A stretch of DNA of 64,000 nt from Nemertoderma westbladi (GCA_032718475.1 JAUCBJ010008464.1:62001-126000); one strand, 5' to 3'. Positions 12,401 to 27,676 are shown, counted from the stretch's first letter. Notes: generated by a model from the sequence alone, not told the origin. Numbers and translations are program-made.

Positions 12401-14229
12401 AGGGCGGGAAGAACATAAAAAATGTTAGATTTTTGCTTTATCAAATGTGGCGTCGAATGCTGGACATTGACATTGACATATAGATTATCTATCATTACTA
12501 ATATCAATATTAATCATAACAACACATTTTGATGCTAACAAATACAATAGTATTTGGAATTTCTCTGAATGCTATTTTTAATGCAACCACGGCGACAATA
12601 AACCGAGAGGATCATAGATTCGAGCTGAGTTTCAGCAGAGTAAGTGCAATACAAAAGACCGCAACTACTTAAATTTATGCAAAAAAACCGTAAGTCAACA
12701 AGACTTGCGGTTTTTTGTCATCAGAATTTAATGAGGATTTCACATCTGGAAATGGCTTGGCGAGATCTGTTGTATGCATTTTCAATAATTACCAGAAGTA
12801 GCTCCGATGAGAGAAAGCTTGTAATTTAACTGATGTTATTAATTCCATTAGTCATCTGAGGTCAACCCACCCTACCCTAACTGTTTAATATGAGAATGCC
12901 TTCTTAGGTTGTTTCGAGTTATCACTGTCTACGGTCTGACCGTCAAGATGTAAATTTAGACAGAGCCAGATAAGATAATAGCAATTGTCTGGAATATGTG
13001 ATTATTTGACGTTAATTAATTGTAAAGATAATTTAAAGATAAATTGTTATAAAGATACTTATTGTACTTATATTACGTAAATTTAATGTTTGAATAAAGT
13101 GATTCGTTATTGTGTTTTAAGAGTAATTTACCGACCATGTCTTTGAATAAAGTTTTAGTGTTATTTAAAACAATTAGAAATAAAGAGAATAAGAGAACAG
13201 TATGTGTCAAACTGTGCAATGAGTATCCAGTACAGTAGAGGCGAAAACTCCGTTGTCTTAATTATTGCAATTTTTATGTTATCAAGTTTGATTTAATTTA
13301 ATCATTTCATTATTTTGCTGTAATTTTCTTACAGATATTTGATTGACATTATTTTTGAGTTCTCGGATTTTCAGATGTAGTTATTTCAAAAGCTTATATG
13401 TGAAGGTAGTAGACTGTCTGTGAAATAGGCAAATTCAACGAATTTGTAATTTCATATTTAAGTTAAAGGTCGACACAGATTTTTGCCTCAGGATATTTTC
13501 CTACAGTATGTCACTTTCTTAATAATAATTGTAAGTAAATAAGTTTAAATGGTAACTGGAAGTCAAACAATTATTTTCAATTTTTTTCAAAAAACAAATA
13601 TTTATTTATTTACAACAATTTTATTGACTTTACTTTAATTGACATGTTTTTGATAATCATATGTGATGTTAAACATAGTTTACAACTGTGGTTGATATAT
13701 AAACCATTCAGCAGCTTTACTTAACTACGGTAATTACTACTAAAAAACGTGGGAATAAAAAAACTAAAATAATGGATGAACCAGTGATGTGGGTATAGAA
13801 CAACAATAAGGAAGGATTCTATTTATTCATGTACTTCAAAATTATATTTATGTATATATTTTTATTCTTAAATTGTTACCTTTTCTTCCGAATATAACCC
13901 AAAATCCTGAGAAAATATGTAAAATAATATTTATTTCCTTAGGGAAAAAAAGTAACCCATATGTTTGCAGTAACCCGTATATTTATTTTTCAAAATGATG
14001 ATTTTAATGCACTTTCATGCCACGAAATCATGACATTTTCATTTTTGCTAGGTCGCAATGAATAAAATGAAAGGAGTTGGTGATACGCAATCCCGGAATC
14101 CCCTTGTAGGACGCCACGTAGTTGGCGAATTGTATTCGAGAAACGCACGCCATCGAACACCCGGGAGTAATTATCTAAGAGTTATTTGATGATGTCGTAT
14201 GTCTTTCCTTTGATACCGTTAAAAGTATA

Positions 14230-16771
14230 TTAATCACGTTACACTGAGTAACGGTATCGGTAACTAACTACTAGGCTTACAGTTGATACTGAATTCCTAG
14301 ACTTGCTTTAACTGTCATTATAGTAGTAGGCATTCAACTGTAAAATAAATTATGGCTGACACAAAGCAAACACTGTCAGATAGTCTCCTAGAAAGAACAG
14401 TCTGCGACTCAGATAGGAGTGCAGAACATCTGAGACCGAAGTCCAAGTCCCCTCCTACTGTAAGAAAGGTCATCCCTACAGTAGTAGTATCAGACCCTAG
14501 GCTAGTAAAGCATCATAGGTCTATTATAGGCACTAGATCTCAAGTTAAGCGAGACCAAGAGACGGCTGTTAAACAGCAGCTCAGCACCCGAGCCGAGAAC
14601 TTATTTCTCAGCGGCACGATAACTCTAGTAGTTCAGACACTGAAGAGTTGACGCCCGAGATCGGAGCAAGGATGGCGGAAGCGGTTTATCCAGATCCACT
14701 TCTAATTCTTTCTGGAGCCGTACTCACCAGAGTATTGATCGCTGTGGAGGAACATCAAGCCGATTGGATGAGAAATAAGAGATCGACCAGGGACAGCTAT
14801 GCAGGATATACGACGGAGGAACTAAGGTCAATTGTAGAGACGCAATGGAACTTCCCCGGACCCGGACTCCCGTTTAACTTATTGGAAGCTTCCTGGGAGG
14901 ACTTATACTGAATGGGAATAGTAAAGGACACTAGAGATCCAGCTGTATGGAAGAGGTCGGCAGCAGGATATGTCCAGGGATTCTTCAGCTTTTTGGAGCG
15001 ATTAGAGGAACACCTATTTCAACAACGCCAAGGACCTCAAGAGTAGGGAGAGCTGCTTTATCAAGTGTGAGAACGAATTTTACGGATCAGACTAATCCTT
15101 CCAGCCTTTGAGGAAGCCTCGAAGAGAAGCCAAGATACGTCGTTGCAAGTGGCTGTAAAGACTTGGTTCCAATGAGTGAGTCTTAAAGTCCAGGGAACGA
15201 CACAATGGAAAGTTCAGCTAACTGAGCGCATGACCCACGGAGAATCAACAGATGCTACCTTTTCTCAGGTGGAAGGCGAAGCTACATCCGAGAAACCTCA
15301 GAAGAAGGATGCTATTGACATCTATCTGTTGGACTATCAACGATTTATAGGTGATAAAGAGCTAAGGAGACGGCTAGCTGGACTTCACCCTAATAGTGAG
15401 GGAGCCAAATTTGTGTTTGACTCGTTAGATGCGGAAATATTAGGCTAAATTGGATGAAAGCATCCTCATCACTATGGAACAGGAAGAACAAATAAAGAAA
15501 CGACAAATAGAAGACCGAAAGTTGGCAGCAGCGGCAGAAGCTGAAAGAAAGGCGGCGGAAGCTGAAATGTCAGCGGCAGCAGCAGCGGCAGCAGCTGAAA
15601 GAAAAGCGGCAGTGGCAGAAGCAGAAAGGAAGGCATCTGAAGCGACTACCCAACTAGAGCTGGAGAACCTTCAGGCGAAACAAGATTACTTAAATAAACA
15701 AAGAACAGCTACTCAGATGCAACTGCTAAGTCGATCCACTCCCAGAAGACAGGGATTTACCTCCTCAGATGAAGGTGATACAACGGATCCTGAGGGTAAA
15801 GGTATTCAATCTCATTCAAGCGGACGTAGAAGAGCACCACACCGGCAGAAGTTGCCTAATTTGCCTCCAGCGGTGAGAAGGCAACTAGCTAGTGTAGACT
15901 TAAGTAATCCTGAGCCTACAGACCAAATTATTAGAGTAAAAAGACTCCCTACTATAGTAGATGAGCCCGAAATAATTAGGCCTGTCATTGAAGCCACTCC
16001 TGTGATAGAGACCCCTGCACTTCCAGAACCTAACTCTAAATTCCCTTTGCACAGTACTAAACTACCTGTGCCCAGTAGACAAGCACCTGAACCACATCCA
16101 TTCCTGGACGCTGAGCAAGACATAAATGACTTGTCTCCCGTCATCCCTACGCGTCACCCAGCTACCATGTTGGCGGCTCCCGCTTCAGCGGTTGAGTGGG
16201 TGGACGAGGGACGGCGGGGGATGAATCAGTTGCTCGGGCAGCTGGAGGACCATAAGAACAGGTCTTTCCAGCAGGTCCGAGAATTGGAAGGGACTGTTCA
16301 GCAGTTAAAGGGAACAGTGAGAGAGAGTAGGTTAGAGTTGCAAGAAGTACAACAAAGTATCGCTTTAGAGTGCGATAAATTAGTAAATATACAAATGGGT
16401 ATACCACCACCCCCTGTAACAATGTGTCAACCTGTTAGGTCTGAAGTATTTCATGCGCAAGGTGTGGAGCCTACACGCATCTATACTGCTAGTGAAGTAG
16501 AAACTCCTATAGTCAACCCTATTAAGGTTGACAATGATATTCCATATAGACCTGATAATAATCCAAGAAATTTATATACTGATAACTCAATATTAAATAA
16601 TACGATGGCCCAAGAAAGTTTTACGTGTCAAATGGCTAGAACTGAGGCCCGTCAAGCGGTAAAGGTGGGAGAGATTGTCAAGTTTAATGGAGATGAGATG
16701 AAATGGTTACCTTTTAATGAATATTATAAAGATAACATACAGAACTCTGTACTATCTAACGGAGAGAAACT
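14230..16771 (+). pseudogene. gag: BEL/Pao piece A: end of 5' leader and N-terminal gag, many stops, truncated at both ends
   Basis: Fragments 14352-16771 align with the gag of copies B and D; stops at ...SNGEKL where it abuts an inverted LTR. Confidence 0.88.
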
Positions 16772-16774
16772 CTG

Positions 16775-17096
16775 CGGAGGTTTCTGTACAAAAAGCAGGA
16801 GAATCGCTCTGATTGGTTGACCAAACAAAGAAACACCAGAGAACAAGGAAAAAAGCTACACGTGTACAGATCAGCTGTTAGCTGTCGTCATAGTAACTAC
16901 ACTGTTTCAAGAGGATTTTGCGTATTGCGACATAGAATTGCTAATTATGTCCGCTAAAGTACACATACAGAAGAAATGGCTTTTTATGTCCACTAAAACA
17001 CCAGTACAGTAAGGATACGGCCTTTTATGCCTGTTAAACCAACTACAGAGTACTTTACGGGGAAAATAACCGGCTAATTCCGCAAAAGCTTTTACA
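16775..17096 (-). repeat. Truncated 3' LTR of copy B
   Basis: Matches 27356-27676 with about 5 differences; begins TGTAAAAGC on the minus strand after GGGAGCGG. Confidence 0.9.
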
Positions 17097-17174
17097 CCGC
17101 TCCCAGAAAATGGGATTTTAGTCTATAAAATATAAAAAATCACAGTTTCTAAAATAGAAAAATACTTTAAACAG

Positions 17175-18534
17175 TTAGTCTTTCTTACACGGACGGCGTT
17201 TATGCAGTTTTTTGTGGCTAGCAAGAGTCCTTTTCCCTTTGGGGCGAGCCACTTTACTAGGAGAGCCATAACTCCTGGGTAAAGGGTGCAATACAATTGC
17301 ATCTGAAGGTTTAGGGTTACGGTCGATGTCTCGTCCATTTCGATATGCTTCTCCTCGAGCTGATTTTCCTCCGCTTATCATTGGATGCGTTCGTCCAAAA
17401 CTCTTGCAGAGAATAGGGTCGTCCAAGTTCGATATCTTCTTAGAGATTCTGAATTTCCTGATCGAATTGAGATAAAGTTAATTCGTTTACCGCTTGGACT
17501 TGCTACCGTAATTTACGTTTCTCTAAACAATTGTAGGTTCATTTTCCGCTCTTTTGACGAATAGTGTCCAACGCGTTTCGTACAACTCTCTCCTCCGCCT
17601 CGGTGACAGGTTGTATCGGGTTAAACGGGGACGATGATACGGTTGAATGACGATATTAGATGTCCGCATCCCAATCCGACTAGGTAAGATGGGCGAATAT
17701 TTAGGGAGCCCACAATCGGAGTGCCACCGACTAACTGTTCGGGTAGCACTAGATCTTTGAACAGTGAGTACAGTTCGGGAGGATCCATGATACTATTAGG
17801 ATCAAGAGTCTGGGTTCTCACTAGGGAGTGAGGAGGTCTGATCGAGTATTCCGGAACTCGGATCATAGGTTTATTTAAGGATCGTTTGAATCGAGCGAGC
17901 GTAGGTGATACATCGAACAAGTTTCGCTCGAAACTCCCGTAAATATAGCGAGTAAAACCGTGTTTAAAGCAACGTCTCTACGGATGTTTATGTCTTTCCG
18001 TTTGTTGGTTGGGTCTTGGGCATTCATCGTAATAATACCAAAGACACACGTCTTGTAGGGGAAACGCGGGTGATATTTATTCGGTTTTACAACGTTTCTC
18101 TCAAGGATTCCAAATATACGTTGGAGTTACCGCGTTTATCTGGTTCTTTAACGTCTTCTCTTTCGAGTCGATTTCGAATAGAATTTTCGCATTCTATTTT
18201 CAGTTTATCGTTCCGACTCCGCTGGGTGGGATATTTAAATAGTACCATTTCCCTTTTCGGTGTCGAAATCATCCGTATCGTGTAAATCGATAGGATGGCC
18301 GGTAGTTAAGAAGTCCATATACGTACCATTATGATGCGTATAGCGAACGGTGAACTTTCTATAATCCAATTCACGCGTAAGTTGCTCCTGGGACATTGGC
18401 GGTTCGATATAACGAACATCGTCCTCCGTAGTAGTTGGACCAACGTCACCGCGTATCAAGCTATCGACAAACGCTTGTAAAGGTAGAGTATATCGCTCCC
18501 TGATACCAAGATCATCTTCTATCAACTCAGACAT
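17175..18534 (-). pseudogene. Accessory ORF3 of copy B (frameshifted, internally deleted)
   Basis: Fragments MSELIEDDLG..., FDVSPTLARFKRS..., ...HKKLHKRRPCKKD match ORF3 of copy C. Confidence 0.75.
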
Positions 18535-20165
18535 ATCTGCTATATGAGTTTATCAATATTATAATGAGTTTACATTTAGGCTAGCGGGCGTCGCTGCCTA
18601 CCCCTCTCTGCCCCCGGACAGCGCAAGATCCTCAGCACTGGTGTACTTTCGCCGATGTGCCTATCGCCAACGTCATAGCTGCACAACGACCACAACAACC
18701 AGCGCGAGTCACTCCACCGTCCGTCCCAAAGGCTTAGATTTACTTCAGGTTCTTACTGGAGAGTTAGGGCTACTTTCACAATTGCGACTCGCTACTGTAA
18801 ACACACTTTAGTAGTAACATTCACCTATAAACGCACAAATTCCACACAACTGTCACAAATCGCACACATTCGGGCCATTTGTCCGTTAGTCAGTGCCTTC
18901 CAGAATGCCACGTTATTATTGGGTATCCTGGGATACTAGCAGTGCGCTATTTATTCCCTATGCTATTCAATGGGCAAGCTTTATTGTTCTTTTAACTCAC
19001 TTCTAATTCTAGCGTGGTTGTCGCCATGGTGACATTATGGAAAGCTAGCGGTAGAATTAGGGTAATTCTCATGCATACAGATCTGGGATGCTATTTAATA
19101 GTAATTCTTTAATGGTCAATATCCTCTCTATACATGATTTTATGAATTTTATCGGCTATTGACTACATATTGGAGATTCTCGCAGACTAATACACTTAAT
19201 AGAGTGAATCTCCGCTCCCATGATCTATTAATTAAAGGAATTTTGGGAATATTATAAATTGTATAAAAATGACAATTTATTAAATTCATTAAAACATGAA
19301 TTCAAATTTATTCCCGTAAATTTTATTATTTAATATTAAATGGACACAATTTTATTCCAGAACATGTCTGGGGACTAGGATCCTTGATTCTAGGAAATTG
19401 GTCTTTTTAAGAATATAGGTAAGTGCTACGATATCTTAATAGACTAGAATTTTAAAGGATCTAAAATTTGACAGATTTTGTAAATATTAATAATTAATAT
19501 TTAGGATGGGCACCAGTTTATTCCAGAACTTGTCTGGGGACGTTAACCACTGATTCTAGAATTTTGTCTTTCAAGTATATCGGTGGGTGCCGCGATATCT
19601 TAATCGACTAGAATTACAGCTGGTCAAAGGGTTTAACAGATTTATTTTGCGTTATACGCTACTGTTAAAGGGACATCACGCTACTATATGTATTATTTAA
19701 TATACGTTATGAGAGCAATATCGCACGAAGCAATGTCAGTGAGAAGAGGCAAGTCGTTTCCAAGGTCTACCCAGAGCTTGGTTTAGCCGAGACACGAGGA
19801 TCTGAATTTTGCATTCCTAATACTCTACTTTACGGTACTTGAATATAGTAGGAGCTTTATTGTACTTTAATAAGTACGGATATTTCATCTTACTGTAGTT
19901 ACGTATTTGTAATCTAACACGGACAGTAAGGAAAGAGAAAAAGAATTATTTCTCGCCGTCGCTGTAAATATATAATATATAAGTAATTAAGTAATAAACA
20001 CTAATATATATTGCACTAGTCTACTAAATAATCGCTAAAATAACATTCTACTAAATAAAATTAAAGAAAACGATTATAATAAAATTACATAATAATACAT
20101 ACATAAATATAAAATAATAAAAACAAATATAAAATAATATAGTCACACACCCACTCCAGACGATG

Positions 20166-23100
20166 TTACGTTGGGGAGTCCCTAGATGTTTGTTGGATTA
20201 GGGAGGTGGTCGTGGGAAGAGTATCTTGCCTTCCATAGTTTCCGGACAGTTCTCGGTCTCTTTCCAGTAAACATAAACGACCAACTGGGCGATTGAGCTG
20301 CTGTGTCTCGAAGACAATTCCAGGTTTCCTCTTCGTCCTGGAATAGTGACGATAGAAACATCGCTTCAAATACACGACGGCCTTACAAAGCCGATTCCAT
20401 GATCTATAGTGGTCCATCGCTCCCGGCAGGAGAGGTGAGAGTCCCGGCGAGACGTCTGGTGTTCAAGATCTCCAGTCTCTCTCTCTGATCTCCACAACAG
20501 ATCGGTTCGCGGTGGGGGAGTTTAGATCCACAGCGTCGTCCCTGGCAATGTGTAATACAGACAGATCTATCACGGGTTTAAATAACCTTGATTTACTCGT
20601 CCGGGTTTTAGGTTTGACTTTCTCCGCTCCCTTGGCTTGTCTAATCTCAGCCGTGGTAAGATGGGGAGGCCATTCATCTTCTTTACTTAGGAAGTCGGGT
20701 CCACCTAACCAGTCTGGAGTATCTGTCAGTTCTTGAGGAGTTGCTTTTCTGGAAGCGATGTCGGCTAGATTAATTGTCTTGGGGCAATGTCTCCATTGAT
20801 CTACATTGGAGTTAATATCGTCATTATCTGAGGAGTATGGTGTTCCCTCAGTTGGATCGTCTACCTCACTGCTCTCCACTTCCCATTCTCTTACTTGATA
20901 TACCTGTTCTTTCGGTAATCTTTCCATGAGAGTTCTACGGGAAGGGCCAGTAAAGTACCAACCCACTCTAGTTCTTCCCGCATAAGCTTGTAGTGGTTGC
21001 GGTTGAGCAGGCCGTTTCTCCAATGTCTCGAGCGCTTCATGCGCGTTTTGACCGATGAGTATTTGCACTCCAGGGTAATCGGTGTTGAATCTAGGTATTT
21101 CAAGCTGCTGGGTGAAATCGTCCTCATCCCAGTTATAAGGTTCCACTTGGCTGGTAGCGAAGTTCTTTATCGCCACCATTTTTACTGACCTTATACTATG
21201 TTCTCCTAGTTCATCCTGGGGGGTAGACAACGCACCTACATAATAATCCGCTATTACTGTAGATTTCCAAACCTGCATAATTCCTGACATATTTAGCTTA
21301 GTTCGGAACTTGGGTTGTCCAGCAAAGATGTCTTCGGCTAGTTCTTTTTCGATGAATGTTCCTGTGCTACCGGAGTCAAGGAGGGCGTTCACTATATAAC
21401 TCCTTTTAGGTCCGTGGACCCTTAACTGTACTACAGGAAATTCTCGGATTCCTACATTGGAAGTTGGCGCTTTCCAAGATGGTTGTCTGTCAGAAGTAGT
21501 TAGGGTGAGGTCGCTGTCTGTGTCTTTTTCATACGTAAGTGCTCGATACACTGCGGTATTTATCATGTAACAGGATTCATCTTCGTCGGAGAATTCATCC
21601 GTATAGAATCCTTCCATCTCAGAACTTTGGTCAGTGTCGTTCACATCACTGAATTGGACATGTAGTTCGGAATCACTTACCTGACTCTGGCTGTTTCGCT
21701 CGAATTCAGTGTGCAACAAGATATGATGTTTCGCACCGCACTTTGCACACCTTGTGTCGGAGTAACAGGTTCGCCGTTGGTGTCCTTGTCTGAGGCAATT
21801 ATAAAACAACCGCTTATCCCACATGACTTCCCGTCTCTCCGTTAATGATTTCTTTAGGAATTCATCACACATATTCAAACGGTGGGTCCCGTCACATAGC
21901 ACACATTTCGGTTTGATGTTACTTACCTTATTTTGAGTAACGTTGTGCACACTCGTTCTTTCTTCGGGCTTTCTTACCTGAATTATCTTAGGAGACGTAG
22001 GAGGGGTTTTTCTTACCTGTTCTCTCCTGTCATTGGTTCGAGACCTGAATTTACTTACGTCTTTGGGCGTTTTGTTGACATAATAAGATCTTTCAGTGTC
22101 TTTCCCGCTGTCCTCTCCTTGAGAAGCCTGGCTTTCGCCGTCGTCGGTATAACACACTGGTGTTACCTTTCTCCTAGAAACGGATTTCTCACTTACCTTG
22201 TTTTCCGGTGTCTTCTCTCTGGACTGCTTTAGGAGCTGTAATTTCACTTCTCCATCTAAGAATGACATGAGATCAGCCATGGTAGGGTCTCGTCGTTGCT
22301 GTTCCATCATATATAACACTTTCTTATCCCAGCGTGTACCTACTCCACCCTTCGGTAAAGTAGAGGCCACAGCTCCAATAACCATAGAACTCTGATATTC
22401 ATGAGACTTACCTAGCCAATCTAATTATCTACAGATCTCCTGAATCTCATCGGAAAACTCTATAATCCCGCTGCTAATGAATTTTCGGGGCACTACCAAT
22501 TTTGCATACAAATACCTAGCTATGTTATTCCTATTACCATACCTGATGTTTAGGGTATCCCAAACTTGTCTTAATCCATCGGGATGTCCAATAAACTTTA
22601 ACGCCATTAACTTGGGAGATCCTTCCAAGCACTCGATGAGGAATCTAAGCTTCTCTCCGTTTGATAGCACAGAGTTCTGTATGTTATCTTTGTAATATTC
22701 ATTAAAAGGTAACCATTTCATCTCATCTCCATTGAACTTGACGATCTCTCCCACCTTTACCGCTTGACGGGCTTCGGTTCTAGCCATTTGACGCGTAAAA
22801 CTTTCTTGGGCCATCGTGTTATTTAATATCGAGTTATCGGTATATAAATTTCTCCGATTATTATCAAGTCTATATGGGATATCATTGTCAACAGGTTTAT
22901 AATTACCCTTAATAGGGTTTACTATAGGAGTTTCCACTTCGCTAGCAGTATAGATGCGTGTAGGCTCCACACCTTGCGCATGAAATACTTCAGACCTAAC
23001 AGGTTGACACATTGTTACAGGGGGTGGTGGTATACCCTTTTGTGTATTTACTAATTTATCGCGTTCTAACGCGATACTTTGCTGCACTTCTTGCAACTCT

Positions 23101-25181
23101 AACCTACTCTCTCTAATTGTTCCCTTTAACTGCTGCACAGTCCCCTCCATCTCCTGGACTTGCTGAGAGGAGCGGGAACGGTGTTCCCTCAGCTGCCCGA
23201 GCAGGAGACCCATCTCCCGTCGTCCCTCATCTACCCACTCGACCGCAGAAGCGGGAGGCGCCAACGTTGTAGCGGGCGGACGAGGGACAACGGGCGACAA
23301 ATCATTAATATTTCGCTCGGAGTCCAGGACATGAACATTTTCAAGGGTGGTTCTGTGGGGCACAGGTAGCTTAGTGCTGTGCAGAGGGAATTTAGAGGTA
23401 GGTTCAGGGAGTATAGGTGTCTCTATCACCGAAGGGGTGGCTTCGAGAACAGGCCTAATTATTTCAGACTCATCTACTATAGTAGGGAGTCTTTCTATGT
23501 TAATTATTTGGTCTGTGGGTTCTGTACTACCTAAGTTTGTGTTAGTTAGTTGCCTTCTGACAGCTGGGGGCAAATCAGGCAATTTCTGACGGTGGGACAT
23601 TCTTCGACGTCTGCTTAGACGAGATCTATTTCCTCCTCCTTCAGGATCGGTGGTATCGCCTTCCTCAGATGATGTATATCCCTGTCTTTTGGGAGTTGAT
23701 CGACTCATCATCTGCATTTGACTAGCTGTTAACTGTTTATTTATGCAGTCTTGATTCTCCTGAATGTTTTCCAATTCTAGTTGGGTGGTTTCTTCCGATG
23801 CTCTCCGTTCTGCTTCTGCCACTGCCTCTGCCGCTGCCACTGCCGCCTTTCTTTCCGCTTCGGCCGCTGCCACTGCCGCCTTTCTTTCCGCTTCGGCTGC
23901 TGCCGCTGCCGCTTTTCTTTCCGCTTCTGCCTCTGCCGCTGCCGCTGCCGCTGCCGCTTTTCTTTCCGCTTCTGCCGCTGCCACTGCTGCTGCCACTGCC
24001 GCTGTCTTTCTGTCTTCTATACGTTTTTTCTTTACTTGTTCTTCTTGGACCCTAGTGATGCGGAGGCGTTCATCAAATTTAGCTTGGTTCGCAGCTCTCA
24101 TATCCGCATCGATTGCGTCCAACACAAGCTTGGCTCCTTCACTATTAGGGCTAAGTCCATCCAGCCATCTCCTCAACTCTTCGTCACCTACAAAGCGTTG
24201 ATAGTCTGACAGATAGATGTCAATAGCATCCCTCTTATGCGGTTTCTCTGCTGTCGCTTCACTTTCCACTTGGGAAAAGGTGGCGTCTGTTGATTCTCCA
24301 AGGGTTGAGCGCTCATCTAACTGAGATTTCCACGGGGCAGTTCTTTGAACTTGGAGACTCACCCGCTGTAACCAAGTCTTTATGGCAACTTGCAACGACG
24401 TGTCTTGTCTTCTTTTCGAAGCCTCCTCAAAGGCCGATAGGATTAGTCTGATTCTTAGAATTCTTTCTCGAACTTGAAAAAGCAGCTCTACCTGCTCTTG
24501 AGGTCCTTGTGGTTGTCTAAACAATTGTTCCTCTAATCGCTCCATGGAGCTGAAGCATCCCTGTACGTATCCGGCTGCTGACCTCTTCCACACAGCTGGA
24601 TCGCTGGTTTCCTTTGTCACTCCCATCCTGTGTATGTCTTCCCAGGCAGCTTCAGATAAGTCAAACGGGAGTCCGGGTCCGGGGAAGTTCCATTGCGACT
24701 CGACAATAGACTTCAGTTCTTCCCTTGTATATCCCGCATAACTATCCTTGGTCGATCGCTTACTTCTCGCCCAATCAATCTGGTGTTCCTCCACCGCAAT
24801 CAATACCCTAGTGAGTACGGCTGCAGGAAGGATGAGAAGGGGATCCGAATAAACCACATCTGCCATCTTTGCTCCGCACTCAGGTGTCAGCTCTACAGTA
24901 TCCGCACTACTGGAGCTGCCGGGCCACTGAGAAATAAGTTCTCGGCTCGCGGGTTGTTGCTGCTCCGCCGCCTCTTGGTCCCGCTTGACCTGAGCTCGAG
25001 TGCCTATGATAGACCTACGATGTTGGACTAGCCTAGGGTCTGATATTACTACTGGGGGAATGATCTTTCTTACAGTAGGAGGTGAGTTGAACTTCGGTCT
25101 CACATGTTCCACACTCCTGTCTGGGTCACAGATGGTCGTATCTAGGAGACTGTCTGACAGGTTTTGCTTTATGTCAGACAT
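20166..25181 (-). pseudogene. gag: BEL/Pao Gag-protease with fused pol remnants; one frame of 1672 codons with 2 premature stops
   Basis: ORFs 22425-25181, 20463-22385 and 20166-20417 are in the same frame; KFNGDEMKWLPF gag motif, three BEL-type Cys/His knuckles, ALLDSGS protease, WRHC...NLADIASR. Confidence 0.9.
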
Positions 25182-26693
25182 GTTTGTTTGTACAGTTGAA
25201 TGCCTACTGCTATATTACAGTTAAAGCAAGTCTAGTAATTCAGTAATTCAGTATCGCTGTTAGCTTAGTAATTGATTACCGATACTGCTACTCATTGTAG
25301 CGTGATATATATATAATATATTAGAATACCGGTATGCTTATAGTATATATATAAGTATTATTACAGACTAGGTTTATCACAGAATACCGGTATAGAATTT
25401 CAGCACAAATATATATAAATATATAATAGGCCTATCGTGAATACCGGTATACAGCTTACACTTATAATGTATATATATAAGTATAATTACAGACTAGAAT
25501 TAATCACAGAATACCAGTATATAATTTAGCCTAAATTTATAGAAATAAATATAATAAGCCTATCGCGAATACCGGTATGTCAATTATTTTAAATAATTGA
25601 ATTTCTGAATTTTTAGGGGTTACTTGGTTACTTTACTTACTTTATTAACGTTATTTGAGCAGTAGTCCAACTGATATTGAGACCTAATTGTTGTATGGCA
25701 GGCCTACTATTTATAAATCGTTTGAGTTGATTTATAATATATATACCCGTTTAATGGGTTTTTGTCAATATTTGAAATAAATGTTATTATTTCTGGGGGG
25801 AGTCACTACACAGAAGCTGTGCGCTCTCAGTGAAGTGCTACTTGTTGGACACTAAAACAAATAATTCTAATTTACCTAAGTTACTTAATACTACAAATTA
25901 CGTACAATTTGGTGTGAGATTACAATCTCTAAATAAACACAAAAAATTACAAGTACGAAATTTTAGGGTAATTTTACAAGAAGTCTACAAACCAGCCTAA
26001 CAAAGGGTTAGAATATCTGGTTATTACAACGGACAGGGTACTACGGTATTTGAAAATAATAAGTAGTAGTAAATATACTGCGTTGTCCAGATAGGAAAAA
26101 TACCACCGTCTGACGACTTATAGCCGTATCGCTATAAGTACTACGTTATGTATCACGGAGTGTTCCTACCTAGAAGTTAATTACCGCGGTCTACCAGAAC
26201 CAACGTGCCTATTAACCACTTTAGAACACAAATATACTGCCTACACACTAATTACCTTCAGAAAGCACTGTACACTAAACCCTAAATTAGGTACAAGTAC
26301 TTATACAACAAATAATCAGTAGTTAAAAATACTTGAACAGCTAAAAGAACCACGGTATCTGCTGGAGTGACCGGGGCACAAAATCACCAGTCTTTACCTA
26401 TGCCAAGCAGCCCTGATGTAGTACCGGGGTTAGTTTAACTATAACGGTATATATAACAAGCACAATTACTGTAGGAATAAACTTGGGGATATGAATGTTG
26501 CGAATAATCGCATAAACTCTTAATAATAAATATTACGCTACGCGTACAGACTACTCAAACAAAATGCAGACCAAATACTGACAGACTACTATCAAACCTA
26601 AACAAATTACGGTATATGCAGACTCCGAAATCCATGCAGACTCCGGTACTTCAGCTTTATTGCCTACCGCAATACAGAAGCTATATCTGTTAT

Positions 26694-27676
26694 TGTTCGC
26701 GCTTTTAGACCTTTAGCAGTTTAACCTGCCAAATTGGGATGTCTTCTAGATAATAAATCGACTTTAGCCTATGACGAGTATTTGATACACTACATTAGCC
26801 GAAGCCAGTCTATGCGCGACCATTCACCCGCTGGATATACCCGGGAGACTGGATTCGGAAGCTTAACCTTATTGCGGTGTAGGCCTACTGTATTATTCGA
26901 CTGATCGTAATATATAATCTCTGACAAATATTATTCACTTTCGGGAAATATTAACAGTTCCTTTAGGAACAACAACCAATACATGTAGTGCCTATGAAAT
27001 AGCATTAGATTCACTTCAAAAACCACTTTAATGTAAGTCGCAATCGTTATATGTAACTGGTCTCTCTTACCTTCAGTATATCAAGAAGATTGAGGGTTTT
27101 GTAATTATTTATCGGTATTCCAAATATAATAATATTCCATCAACTGATATAATGAATAACCGACAGTAAATAGCAGTAAAAATGCGGTGTTTGTAGTTGA
27201 CAATATGATTAGGTGAGTGAGATAACAGATATACGTTCTATAATTAAGCCTACTAATGTTGGGCTAAAGACTGAAAACACAGAGATTCCAAAGCCAGTCT
27301 TCTGGGCTCAGGACAAAATGTACACATTGACCCATAATGCATTGCGCGATTTCTCGGAGGTTTCTGTACAAAAAGCAGGAGAATCGCTCTGATTGGTTGA
27401 CCGAACAAAGAAACAACAGAGAACAAGGAAAAAAGCTACACGTGTACAGATCAGCTGTTAGCTGTCGTCATAGTAACTACACTGTTTCAAGAGGATTTCG
27501 CGTATTGTGACATAGAATTGCTAATTATGTCCGCTAAAGTACACATACAGAAGAAATGGCTTTTTATGTCCACTAAAACACCAGTACAGTAAGGATACGG
27601 CCTTTTATGCCTGTTAAACCAACTACAGAGTACTTTATGGGGAAAATAACCGGCTAATTCCGCAAAAGCTTTTACA
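26694..27676 (-). repeat. 5' LTR of copy B (983 bp)
   Basis: TGTAAAAGC...GCGCGAACA termini, same as copy D; CCAATCAGAGC box. Confidence 0.9.

Larger units (their letters stand above)
16775..27676 (-). mobile_element. BEL/Pao copy B: non-autonomous Gag-protease element with accessory ORF, 3' LTR truncated
   Basis: 5' LTR 26694-27676, leader, gag-PR frame 25181-20166, 3' region, accessory ORF, PPT-like GGGAGCGG, partial 3' LTR. Confidence 0.9.

Noticed and set aside
23764-24209. Ala-, Cys/Arg- and Leu/Pro-rich ORFs (also 53300-54183)
   Set aside because: Alternative-frame and antisense shadows of the Gag low-complexity repeats
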